From positions 2,234,001 through 2,298,000 of the forward strand of contig CM097885.1 in the NCBI GenBank assembly GCA_044892525.1: a DNA stretch of 64,000 nucleotides. Direction: 5' to 3'. Under the pieces are notes generated by a model. The model saw only the letters and a program-made list of their open reading frames with translations. It did not search any database and was not told where the DNA came from. Made by a program: the position numbers and the translations under genes. The number at the start of each line of letters is the position of its first letter. Within the stretch, counting starts at the first letter, position 1. Shown one piece after another: positions 23,759 through 36,700 of the stretch. The stretch is from Schmidtea polychroa. Its lineage: Eukaryota.

Positions 23759-26700
23759 CTCTGAGTCTATCCGACAGGATGTTTTGACCCCCTAAGGGTA
23801 CAGGTCGTAAGGGTACTGGTCGTATGGGTATTAGTCGTAAGGGTACTGGTCGTAAGGGTACTGGTCGTAAAGGTACTAGTCGTAGGGGTATTGATCACTC
23901 TCAATCCCCACCTACTCATTAATTAGCTACCATGTACTAACCACTAGGTTTCAAACAACTAAATACTAAACACTTACAACCATGTACTAACAACCACCAT
24001 CAAAACCCATCGAGAAATTAACAAATATCAACCTACAACTATATAACAACAATCAGTAAACAACACTGTACCAACTACCAAATACAAAATATTCTTCATC
24101 GCATACACTATTTTCTTATCAAAATCTAAAAAGTCAACCAACTACTTACAACCAACAACTATGTACTAACAAATTGATCTTTAAAAGCAAATACTCTTCA
24201 CTTGAAAAATTGGATGAAAAATTATTTGAACTCAAGGCATCAATAACTAGGTAAAAATTGATTAAATTATTGTAAAAAATTTAAATTATTCAAAATAAAT
24301 ATCATAAAAATTTAATTAATGGACAAGAAAAAAATTCTAATCATCCAGTAAATAAAAAAAATATTGATCATTCAAGTTGAATCAACTAAGATAATAAATT
24401 AATAAGATAAGATCTAGTAGATAATTGATTTAGATTGAATAAATTAATTGAAATAAAATTAATTTTAAGTATTTTTTTAAGAGTAATACATGTACTCGAA
24501 TTGATTGACTGATTTCTCAATATATTCAAAAAATCAGTATAAATTCATTACAAATATTGGATGAAAAATTAATTGAACTCAAGACATCAATAACTTGGTA
24601 AAAATTGATTAAATAATTGTAAAAATTTAAAATTTTCAAAATAAATGTCATAAAAATGTAATTAATGGACAAGAAAGAACTTTAAATTCTAGTCATTGAT
24701 CATTCAAGTTAATATGAATCAACTAAGATAATAAATTAATAAGAATTTTGAAATAAGATCTAGTAGATAATTGATTTAGATTGAATAAATTAATTGAAAT
24801 AAAATTAATTTTAATTATTTTTTTAAAAGTAATACATGTACTCAAATTGATTGACTGATTTCTCAATATATTCAAAAAATCAGTATAAATTCATTACAAT
24901 TATCAAAGTCAGCAATCTACAATAAAAATAATTATCATTAAATTCCAAAAGAGACTAGATAACTAATGATAACATCTAACAAACCAGTAAATTCATTCAA
25001 ATGACAATAATTGGTATATCCAAGTGAATTCTCCAATAAAATCATCTAAAAAGCATCATTTTCCCCCTAAATATATCAATATTTAAAGATTGGTATTTTA
25101 ATGATAAATACTTGTTAAAGATCATATATTCTCCTCAAACTAATAAGATTCCTTAAAATCCCTTAAATGACTATATTTCAACCCTTAATTCATATTATTA
25201 CAAATAATTCATTAAAATCATCTAAAAAGCATCAAATTTCCCTGAAATAACTATCTTTAAAGATTATTATTTTATCGATAAATATCCTTAAAAGGTTATA
25301 TATTTACCTCAGACTAATAAGATTGCTTAAAATCCCCTTTAAATGACTTTAATTCCTATTATCACGAATATTTCCTTATAAAACATGTAAAATCATTAAC
25401 CCTAAAGAATTTATAAAATCTAATGACAAAACCGGTTATAATAAAATTTTTGTTAATCACTGTACTCGAAATATAAAATAAATATAACTGACTAGGTCCC
25501 ATTAAAAGATTAAATTTATCCATTCAATAAAATATATTTCTTCAAATGATCATTTTTACCGATATTCAACCGATTTAATTACTAATTAAAATCAAGATTT
25601 CTTCCAATAAAGATCAATTTTATTTAGTTGTTGTCGATGTTTTAAGTCCATATTTCTAAACTTTTGTCATTCTCCGCCTAAATAAAGATAAAAATAAATT
25701 AAAGTTGATATCAATCCCATTTATCTGTAAAGTTTTCATTGTCAAAACCAAGTAAATCGATCATTATCTCTACTTAATAAAACATAAGTCTAATTAATAT
25801 ACAATGGATTAATCACAACCTAATAAAACGATATAATTATTATTGATACATAACTGACTAATTGACATTTCCCTTAAAACAATGATATTTTACCAACATC
25901 ACCATTAAAAAAAAAATCATATATTCCCATCTTAACCCATCCTTCATTAAATTCAATCGACTATGTCTTCCTTAAAAGATTATATTTTCCCATCTTATCC
26001 GATCTCTTATTAAAGTCAATCGACTATATCTCCCTTACAATGATATATTCCCATCTTAACTCATCTCTCATTAAATTTAACCGACTATATCCCCCCCCCC
26101 ATAAAAACATATATTCCCATCTCTCATTAAATCTAATCGATAATATCCCATCTTATCCGATCTCTCAGCAAATATTTCTACCCTTTTAAACATCTATCCG
26201 ATTATATCCCTTAATTTCCCTAAAGATTCCACCCACTTGAACCCTTTAATATATATCAATCCTCTTAATATCCTTAGAGAACTTCAAAAAGTATGAATTT
26301 TCATAAACTGTTAAAGACACCAGGCATTCTTCCATTGAAATAATTTAGAAGCTAAATAATAAGAGCCCACTAACCAATCAAAATCATGGAATGGCAGGGG
26401 AAAAAATATATTACGTTGCGGTATTTTAAAATTAAAATTTATTTTAAAAACACATTTTGACGCTAAAGGCGACTTATGTAACAGACATAATAAACTGATT
26501 ATTTTCTACAAATATTTATCATCAAATACCTAACTGGAGATGATATATATTGTTTGATCATAATTCTTCATCGATTCAACCAATCATTTTCAAGCAATAA
26601 CAACAAACTAAATTTCTGTATATCCTACAAGTAAATTTAAAGTCCTTGATAAAGTTAACTGGTTTCTTAGCTTATGTTTTTTAAAGTGCATCAATGTGTA

Positions 26701-27477
26701 AATATTCTTAGAAAATTATTGAAAAATTATTTAGTCAAATATATTACAAAGTTATCATCAAAAATCACTTAATTATTAACCTAATTGTCAATGAAATTAA
26801 TTTTTATTTAAAAACTATTCAATAAAATACAACTAATTATCAAGAAATTAATTAAATTTGTCACCATTAAAACTTTTAATCAGTCAACATGAAATTCTTA
26901 GAAAATTATTCAATATCCTCATAAAAATTTATCCTACCCCTTGATTATTGTACAAACTCTAATTATTAACCTCATTAAAAATAATTTTTATTTAAAATTA
27001 AAAATACATCCAATTATCAAGAAATTAATTAAATTTATCTTAGAACTAACTTTAAATTATTAAATATTCATCCAATAAACATGAAATTTGCAAAAATGTT
27101 AGAAATCTACAAAAATAATAGAAATTCACCAAAAAACGATAAAAATTCACAAAAATGATAGAAATCCACAAAAATTATGGAAATTCATGAAAATGATGGA
27201 AATCCACAAAATAGATAGAAAAGCACAAAAATGATAGAAAATTACAAAAATTGATGGAAATTCACAAAAAAACGATAAAAATTCATAAAAATGATAGAAA
27301 TTTACTTGAATAAAACCATCAACTCTAAAAATTATCAATACCTTAAACAACAAATTTGCCTAAATAACCATTCAAATAAAAGTATTAAAAGTACCCTTGC
27401 GACATGTTGAATGTGAGTAGTACCCTTGTGAGCAATACCCATAGGGGGACAGAATATTTTGTCGGATAAAGTCAGAG
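23759..27477. mobile_element. Nested 3.7-kb non-coding TIR element in the left arm
   Basis: Imperfect ~42-bp TIRs: CTCTGAGTCTATCCGACAGGATGTTTTGACCCCCTAAGGGTA versus reverse complement CTCTGACTTTATCCGACAAAATATTCTGTCCCCCTATGGGTA. Flanked by TATATA; 15-bp GGTCGTAAGGGTACT subterminal repeats. Confidence 0.75.
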
Positions 27478-28083
27478 TATATATTAATTAACTCATTCTT
27501 CATTGAATCAGTAAAATTATCATAAATTTCGATAAAAATTCTAAAGTGGTAAGCAATGAAAAGAGAAATATTCTTTAAACTTTGATAAAATTAACAATGA
27601 AGGTGGTAAGAATCTTCATTAAAATGAGGAAATTACTCGATGATAAATTCAAATGGGTGAAAATAATTGGTAGAATAATTCATTAATGGAGGTAAATACT
27701 GAGAATGGGCATAGATAACATGAAGGTTGATAAGAATGGAAATATATTAATTGAATTTATTTAAAATTATTTCATAAAATTAACACTTTAATAAAAAAAA
27801 ATCTTAAAACAAATATTTGTGGGAATGTTTTAAGTGAATAATAAATCAAAATCGGCGGAATATAAGTAGAAAATCGGGGTGGGGGTTATAGGCGAATAAT
27901 TAATGGAAATTCGAGGGGATATAAGTGAATAATTAATGGAGAATCGGGGGAATATAGGAGATTAAATAGTGGGATAATGAGAATCGGTGGAATATAAGTG
28001 AGAAGGATATGTAATTTAAACTATTTTATTACGTAACAACGCGCGTCTATTTTATTACATAGCAAGCTGTGAATGGTATTTTA

Positions 28084-28982
28084 TTGAGAATTATTGATTA
28101 GGTCTTTTTTTTTTAATTTTTGAATAGGTACTTTAATGCCTTAATAATTTAAATGTTTTGATTTACACTAAATAATTTCTAAATCAATTACCCTTTTCAA
28201 TCAAAATAAGTTAATATTCAAATATAAGTCTTAGAAAATATAAATTTTATAAGTTTTTAAATTTTCAAATAATGTAAATAAAAAATTAATCTATTACCAG
28301 TTATATACCTTTAAACTTATTGATGGAATAAGACAAAAGTTTTGTTGTATAAGTCCTTTAATATTGTAATAATTATTTATTAATAAATTTATTATTTTAC
28401 GTTAAATATTTCAAAAACAATTATCATATTATTAATTATATTACCCTTTTTAATCAAAATAAGATAAATATTCAAATAGATGACTTCTATAAAATACAAT
28501 TAAAATTAAATACTTTACACTAAATTTAAAAATATAAATTCTATAAGTAAATGTAAATAAGAAATTAGTGTATTAGCTGTTATAGACTTTTAAACTTATT
28601 GATTAGGCAGTAGAAAGTTACTTTTTTTTTCAAAAAGTCCTTTAATATTGTATTCTATTCGTTATTAAATTTACTATTTTACACTAAAATATTTCGAAAG
28701 CAATTATCATGAAAAAAAAACAATTATCAACCAAAATAATTTAAATGTAATACTCAAATATTTGTCTTAAAAATTAAATCAAAATTAAATACTTCACAAA
28801 ATTTAAGTAAAGTTTTTAAATTCTCAAATAAATGTTAACAATATATTAATTAATTAATCATTATATACTTTTTAAACTTATCATTGGAATTAAACGATCG
28901 AATGATATTCAAAATATATACAATTTAAAAAATAAAATTAAAATTAAATTACATACTAGGTAAAATGTTGGTAAAATGATGG
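28084..28982. repeat. Unique 899-bp central spacer of the palindrome, with ~3 degenerate 250-280-bp AT-rich repeats
   Basis: Arm complementarity stops at 28083/28983. A TTACCCTTTT.AATCAAAATAAG unit recurs at ~28189 and ~28441, and more degenerately at ~28724. Confidence 0.75.
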
Positions 28983-29588
28983 TAAAATACCATTCACAGC
29001 TTGTTATGTAATAAAATAGTCGCGCGTTGTTACGTAATAAAATAGTTTAAATTACATATCCTTCTCACTTATATTCCACCGATTCTCATTATCCCACTAT
29101 TTAATCTCCTATATTCCCCCGATTCTCCATTAATTATTCACTTATATCCCCTCGAATTTCCATTAATTATTCGCCTATAACCCCCACCCCGATTTTCTAC
29201 TTATATTCCGCCGATTTTGATTTATTATTCACTTAAAACATTCCCACAAATATTTGTTTTAAGATTTTTTTTTATTAAAGTGTTAATTTTATGAAATAAT
29301 TTTAAATAAATTCAATTAATATATTTCCATTCTTATCAACCTTCATGTTATCTATGCCCATTCTCAGTATTTACCTCCATTAATGAATTATTCTACCAAT
29401 TATTTTCACCCATTTGGATTTATCATCGAGTAATTTCCTCATTTTAATGAAGATTCTTACCACCTTCATTGTTAATTTTATCAAAGTTTAAAGAATATTT
29501 CTCTTTTCATTGCTTACCACTTTAGAATTTTTATCGAAATTTATGATAATTTTACTGATTCAATGAAGAATGAGTTAATTAATATATA

Positions 29589-32500
29589 CTCTGACTTTAT
29601 CCGACAAAATATTCTGTCCCCCTATGGGTATTGCTCACAAGGGTACTACTCACATTCAACATGTCGCAAGGGTACTTTTAATACTTTTATTTGAATGGTT
29701 ATTTAGGCAAATTTGTTGTTTAAGGTATTGATAATTTTTAGAGTTGATGGTTTTATTCAAGTAAATTTCTATCATTTTTATGAATTTTTATCGTTTTTTT
29801 GTGAATTTCCATCAATTTTTGTAATTTTCTATCATTTTTGTGCTTTTCTATCTATTTTGTGGATTTCCATCATTTTCATGAATTTCCATAATTTTTGTGG
29901 ATTTCTATCATTTTTGTGAATTTTTATCGTTTTTTGGTGAATTTCTATTATTTTTGTAGATTTCTAACATTTTTGCAAATTTCATGTTTATTGGATGAAT
30001 ATTTAATAATTTAAAGTTAGTTCTAAGATAAATTTAATTAATTTCTTGATAATTGGATGTATTTTTAATTTTAAATAAAAATTATTTTTAATGAGGTTAA
30101 TAATTAGAGTTTGTACAATAATCAAGGGGTAGGATAAATTTTTATGAGGATATTGAATAATTTTCTAAGAATTTCATGTTGACTGATTAAAAGTTTTAAT
30201 GGTGACAAATTTAATTAATTTCTTGATAATTAGTTGTATTTTATTGAATAGTTTTTAAATAAAAATTAATTTCATTGACAATTAGGTTAATAATTAAGTG
30301 ATTTTTGATGATAACTTTGTAATATATTTGACTAAATAATTTTTCAATAATTTTCTAAGAATATTTACACATTGATGCACTTTAAAAAACATAAGCTAAG
30401 AAACCAGTTAACTTTATCAAGGACTTTAAATTTACTTGTAGGATATACAGAAATTTAGTTTGTTGTTATTGCTTGAAAATGATTGGTTGAATCGATGAAG
30501 AATTATGATCAAACAATATATATCATCTCCAGTTAGGTATTTGATGATAAATATTTGTAGAAAATAATCAGTTTATTATGTCTGTTACATAAGTCGCCTT
30601 TAGCGTCAAAATGTGTTTTTAAAATAAATTTTAATTTTAAAATACCGCAACGTAATATATTTTTTCCCCTGCCATTCCATGATTTTGATTGGTTAGTGGG
30701 CTCTTATTATTTAGCTTCTAAATTATTTCAATGGAAGAATGCCTGGTGTCTTTAACAGTTTATGAAAATTCATACTTTTTGAAGTTCTCTAAGGATATTA
30801 AGAGGATTGATATATATTAAAGGGTTCAAGTGGGTGGAATCTTTAGGGAAATTAAGGGATATAATCGGATAGATGTTTAAAAGGGTAGAAATATTTGCTG
30901 AGAGATCGGATAAGATGGGATATTATCGATTAGATTTAATGAGAGATGGGAATATATGTTTTTATGGGGGGGGGATATAGTCGGTTAAATTTAATGAGAG
31001 ATGAGTTAAGATGGGAATATATCATTGTAAGGGAGATATAGTCGATTGACTTTAATAAGAGATCGGATAAGATGGGAAAATATAATCTTTTAAGGAAGAC
31101 ATAGTCGATTGAATTTAATGAAGGATGGGTTAAGATGGGAATATATGATTTTTTTTTAATGGTGATGTTGGTAAAATATCATTGTTTTAAGGGAAATGTC
31201 AATTAGTCAGTTATGTATCAATAATAATTATATCGTTTTATTAGGTTGTGATTAATCCATTGTATATTAATTAGACTTATGTTTTATTAAGTAGAGATAA
31301 TGATCGATTTACTTGGTTTTGACAATGAAAACTTTACAGATAAATGGGATTGATATCAACTTTAATTTATTTTTATCTTTATTTAGGCGGAGAATGACAA
31401 AAGTTTAGAAATATGGACTTAAAACATCGACAACAACTAAATAAAATTGATCTTTATTGGAAGAAATCTTGATTTTAATTAGTAATTAAATCGGTTGAAT
31501 ATCGGTAAAAATGATCATTTGAAGAAATATATTTTATTGAATGGATAAATTTAATCTTTTAATGGGACCTAGTCAGTTATATTTATTTTATATTTCGAGT
31601 ACAGTGATTAACAAAAATTTTATTATAACCGGTTTTGTCATTAGATTTTATAAATTCTTTAGGGTTAATGATTTTACATGTTTTATAAGGAAATATTCGT
31701 GATAATAGGAATTAAAGTCATTTAAAGGGGATTTTAAGCAATCTTATTAGTCTGAGGTAAATATATAACCTTTTAAGGATATTTATCGATAAAATAATAA
31801 TCTTTAAAGATAGTTATTTCAGGGAAATTTGATGCTTTTTAGATGATTTTAATGAATTATTTGTAATAATATGAATTAAGGGTTGAAATATAGTCATTTA
31901 AGGGATTTTAAGGAATCTTATTAGTTTGAGGAGAATATATGATCTTTAACAAGTATTTATCATTAAAATACCAATCTTTAAATATTGATATATTTAGGGG
32001 GAAAATGATGCTTTTTAGATGATTTTATTGGAGAATTCACTTGGATATACCAATTATTGTCATTTGAATGAATTTACTGGTTTGTTAGATGTTATCATTA
32101 GTTATCTAGTCTCTTTTGGAATTTAATGATAATTATTTTTATTGTAGATTGCTGACTTTGATAATTGTAATGAATTTATACTGATTTTTTGAATATATTG
32201 AGAAATCAGTCAATCAATTTGAGTACATGTATTACTTTTAAAAAAATAATTAAAATTAATTTTATTTCAATTAATTTATTCAATCTAAATCAATTATCTA
32301 CTAGATCTTATTTCAAAATTCTTATTAATTTATTATCTTAGTTGATTCATATTAACTTGAATGATCAATGACTAGAATTTAAAGTTCTTTCTTGTCCATT
32401 AATTACATTTTTATGACATTTATTTTGAAAATTTTAAATTTTTACAATTATTTAATCAATTTTTACCAAGTTATTGATGTCTTGAGTTCAATTAATTTTT

Positions 32501-33305
32501 CATCCAATAATTGTAATGAATTTATACTGATTTTTTGAATATATTGAGAAATCAGTCAATCAATTCGAGTACATGTATTACTCTTAAAAAAATACTTAAA
32601 ATTAATTTTATTTCAATTAATTTATTCAATCTAAATCAATTATCTACTATATCTTATCTTATTAATTTATTATCTTAGTTGATTCAACTTGAATGATCAA
32701 TATTTTTTTTATTTACTGGATGATTAGAATTTTTTTCTTGTCCATTAATTAAATTTTTATGATATTTATTTTGAATAATTTAAATTTTTTACAATAATTT
32801 AATCAATTTTTACCTAGTTATTGATGCCTTGAGTTCAAATAATTTTTCATCCAATTTTTCAAGTGAAGAGTATTTGCTTTTAAAGATCAATTTGTTAGTA
32901 CATAGTTGTTGGTTGTAAGTAGTTGGTTGACTTTTTAGATTTTGATAAGAAAATAGTGTATGCGATGAAGAATATTTTGTATTTGGTAGTTGGTACAGTG
33001 TTGTTTACTGATTGTTGTTATATAGTTGTAGGTTGATATTTGTTAATTTCTCGATGGGTTTTGATGGTGGTTGTTAGTACATGGTTGTAAGTGTTTAGTA
33101 TTTAGTTGTTTGAAACCTAGTGGTTAGTACATGGTAGCTAATTAATGAGTAGGTGGGGATTGAGAGTGATCAATACCCCTACGACTAGTACCTTTACGAC
33201 CAGTACCCTTACGACCAGTACCCTTACGACTAATACCCATACGACCAGTACCCTTACGACCTGTACCCTTAGGGGGTCAAAACATCCTGTCGGATAGACT
33301 CAGAG
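29589..33305. mobile_element. Mirror copy of the nested 3.7-kb TIR element in the right arm
   Basis: Reverse complement of 23759-27477, with the same TA-flanked CTCTGA...TCAGAG ends. Confidence 0.75.
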
Positions 33306-33722
33306 TATATATAATAAAACTGATCAACAATAAGTATTTATTGAATGCGATTTTTACATTGCGATAATAAGTTATCAATTAAAAGAAGAATGTTTTGTAA
33401 ATTAGAATTCATTAGTCTTTCATTTAAATTATTTTGAATTTCACGTGGTGATGAGTTGTGGTTTTTTTGATGAAAATCAACATTTTTTGTTAAATTTGAA
33501 AAGGTTTTTCTACTGATTGTAATTAAAATTATTATAGAAGATGTATAAAAAATTAATTTAAAAAGCATTTCATAAAATACAATGAAGAATATTTAGTAGT
33601 TCGTTGTAAGTATCTGGTTGTTTGAGAGTTAGTACGTGGTATCATGTTGAAAGTACTTATTTGTTAGCACTTAGTTAAAAATATTTAGTAACCGATTGTT
33701 GGTAACTGTTGAATTATTATTA

Positions 33723-33761
<39 letters not shown>

Positions 33762-36700
33762 CATTAAAATTTCCATTTAAATTTTCATTAAAAATTACAT
33801 TTCTCAAAAAAGTTGGTGGTTATTCAATCTTTTGATAATAAATTTAAAAATCTTACTTTAATTTACTTATTACATTACTTATTTAAAAATTATTACTTTA
33901 ATTAAATTCTTTAAAAATTATTACTTTAATTTACTTATTTAACTTTAATTTAATTTTTTAGAACATTGATTACTTATTTTTAAAATTTGGACCTTAATTA
34001 ACTTTAATTTACTTATCCTTAATTTACCTATTTATGCTTTATTACTTAATTTTACACCATAATTTACTAAACAACTAATTATAACCCTTATTTTCATATT
34101 TAACCAATAATTTCATGTGGTCATCTGGTTGTAAGTGTTTGGTATCTAGTTGACAGTACTAGGTATCTTGTACTTGGTTGTTAGTACTTGGTTGATAATG
34201 CTTAGTACCTGGTTGATGTTGGTTGTATGTACTTGGTATCTAGTTTTTAGTAACTAGTAGCTAGTTAATAGGTAGATGGTTGTAGGTACTTGGTATCTAG
34301 TTGTTAGTATCTAGTTGTAGGTACTTGGTTGATAATGCTTAGTACCTGGTATCTAGTTGTTAGCTGGTTGTTAGTACTTAGTTGTTGGTTGTAAGTAGTA
34401 GGTATCTGGTTGTTAGTTGTTAGCTGGTTGTTGGTTGTTAGTACTTGGTAGCTAGTTGTTAGCTGGTTGTAGCTAGTTAATGGGTAGGTGGTTGTAGGTA
34501 CTTGGTAACTGTTTGTTAGTATCTAGTTGTAGGTACCTGGTTGATGTTGGTTGTATGTACTTGTTAGGTGGTTTTAGGTACTTGGTTGATAATGCTTAGT
34601 ACCTAGTTGTTGTAGGTTGTTAGTACTTGGTATCTAGTACCTGGTTGTTGTTAGTTGTTAGTACTTGGTAGCTAGTTAATAGGTAGGTGGTTGTAGGTAC
34701 TTGGTATCTAGTTGTTAGCTAGTTGTTTTTGGTTGTTAGTACTTGGTACCTAGTTGGTTGCTTGTTTTTGGTTGTTAGTAACTAGTTGTAAGTACTAGGT
34801 ATCAGGTAACTGGTTGTTAGTATTTAGTTGTAAGTACTTGGTATCAGGTAACTAGTTGGTTGTAGGTACTTAGTAGTTGGTAACTGGTACCTGGTTGGTT
34901 GCTTGTTTTTGGTTGTTAGTACTTGTTAGGTGGTTGTATTTACTTAGTATCATGTAACTAGTTGTTAGTAACTAGTTGTAGGTATCTGGTTGTTAATACA
35001 TGTTCGTAAGTTACTGGTTGTTGGTACTAAGTTGTTGGTTTGTTGTTGAATTATTATTAAAATTTGTCTTTGATAAATATTTCATAAAAATTTCCATCTA
35101 AAATTATCATTGAAAAATATTTCATAAAAATTTACATTAAAAATTACTTAAAAAATTATTCCATAAAAATTTCCATTAAAAATTACCATTGAAAAATATT
35201 TCATTAAAATTTCAATTAAAAATTACTTAAAAATTATTTCATAAAAAATTTCATTAAAAAATTTCAATTCTCAAACACCTTCTATTATTTTGTAATTAAA
35301 TTTTAAAATCTTACTTTAATTTACTTATTTAAAATTTTTTACCATTGATTACTTAATTTAAAAATTATTACTTTAATTTACTTATTTAAAATTTTTTACC
35401 ATTGATTACTTAATTTAAAAATTTGGACCATAATTTACTGTAATTTAATATTTTAGAACCATAATTTACTTTAATTTAATTTTTAGAACCATTATTTACT
35501 GTAATTTAATTTTTAGACCCATAATTTACTGTATTTGAAAAATTTGAACCATTGTTTTTTTAATTTAAAATGTTTGACCATAATTTACTGTAATTTAAAA
35601 ATTTGAGCCATAATTTACTATAATTTAATTTTTAGAACCATAATTTACTTTAATTTTAAAATTTGGACCATTATTTACTTTAATTGAAAAATTTACCACG
35701 TTTTTAGTGTAGACCACCTATTTCTCAGGACCAAGGAGACCCCCCTCACTATAGTGTGAAAATTCCATGCTTTTTTAGTGGTAGTCGGATTTTTGTATAG
35801 AAAAAATTTTATTTGTATTGAAAATCCCAGGTCCATCGAGACCCCCTTATTTCTCAGGACCAAGGAGACTCACCTCACTATAGTCTGAAAAATCCTTGGC
35901 TTTTTTAGTGTAGACCAGCTTTTTGTATTGAAAATATCCTGAGACCTTAAATTACCATGCTTTTTTAGTGTAGACCAGCTTTTTGTATTGAAAAATTTTT
36001 TTTGTATTGAAAATCCCAGGACCAAGGAGACCCACCTGAATTGACCTAGAAAAATCCATGCTTTTTTAGTGGTAGTCGGATTTTTGTATTGAAAAAAATT
36101 TTTTGTATTGAAAATCCCAGGACCATCGAGACCCCCTCACTATAGTGTGATAAAAAAAAATTTGGACTAAAATTCCCTGAAAGCAAAAAAATGAGTTGGG
36201 AACAATCGCGTAATAAAAATTTGGGAACAAACCCCCCCCCCCCCCCCCCGGGGGGGTAATTGTTCCCGTGGGCTACTATCTACCTACTACCGAAAGAACT
36301 TCATAACTTATTGGACGATTTTCAAATAGCTAGAGAAAAGGTGTGAGTATCTAAAGTGGAGAAATAATTGTTGACATATTATTCAAAGCAGAATTTTGTA
36401 GTGCATTGGCGTTTACCGAAAATATTTCTTTTCTTAGTGATGCAGTAGTAATATTTTTTCGAAATCATATTTTCTTCGGTGTGTGATAGTTTTCCATTTA
36501 CAAATGTTTTATTATTTTTGTTGTTTGCTAGAGTATCTCTCAATGTTAAAGATTTTTGTTCTTTATAAATTGTAAGTCCAATGCATTTAAGTTCTTTCAG
36601 GATTTTGAATTCGAGTAAAATAGAAGTAGATATTCTAACATACAGGTTCTACAAAAATCCAGCTCACAAAGAAATATTTATGCACCAAATTTTAGCGTTT

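Larger units (their letters stand above)
20895..36288. mobile_element. 15.4-kb non-autonomous giant palindromic (foldback) element with Polinton/Maverick-type ends
   Basis: Termini AGTAGGTAGATAG...CTATCTACCTACT with 6-bp TSD ACCGAA (20889-20894 and 36289-36294). Inverted arms 20895-28083 and 28983-36288; identical mirrored ORF calls at 23496/33338 and 27147/29713. No ORF over 80 aa lies fully inside. The structure is secure; the Polinton assignment is inferred from the ends only. Confidence 0.8.

Noticed and set aside
31299..31660. Possible Polinton minor-capsid remnant (MIDLLGF...YISSTVI) inside the arms
   Set aside because: Only a few residues amid stops in AT-rich DNA; needs a frameshift-aware profile search.
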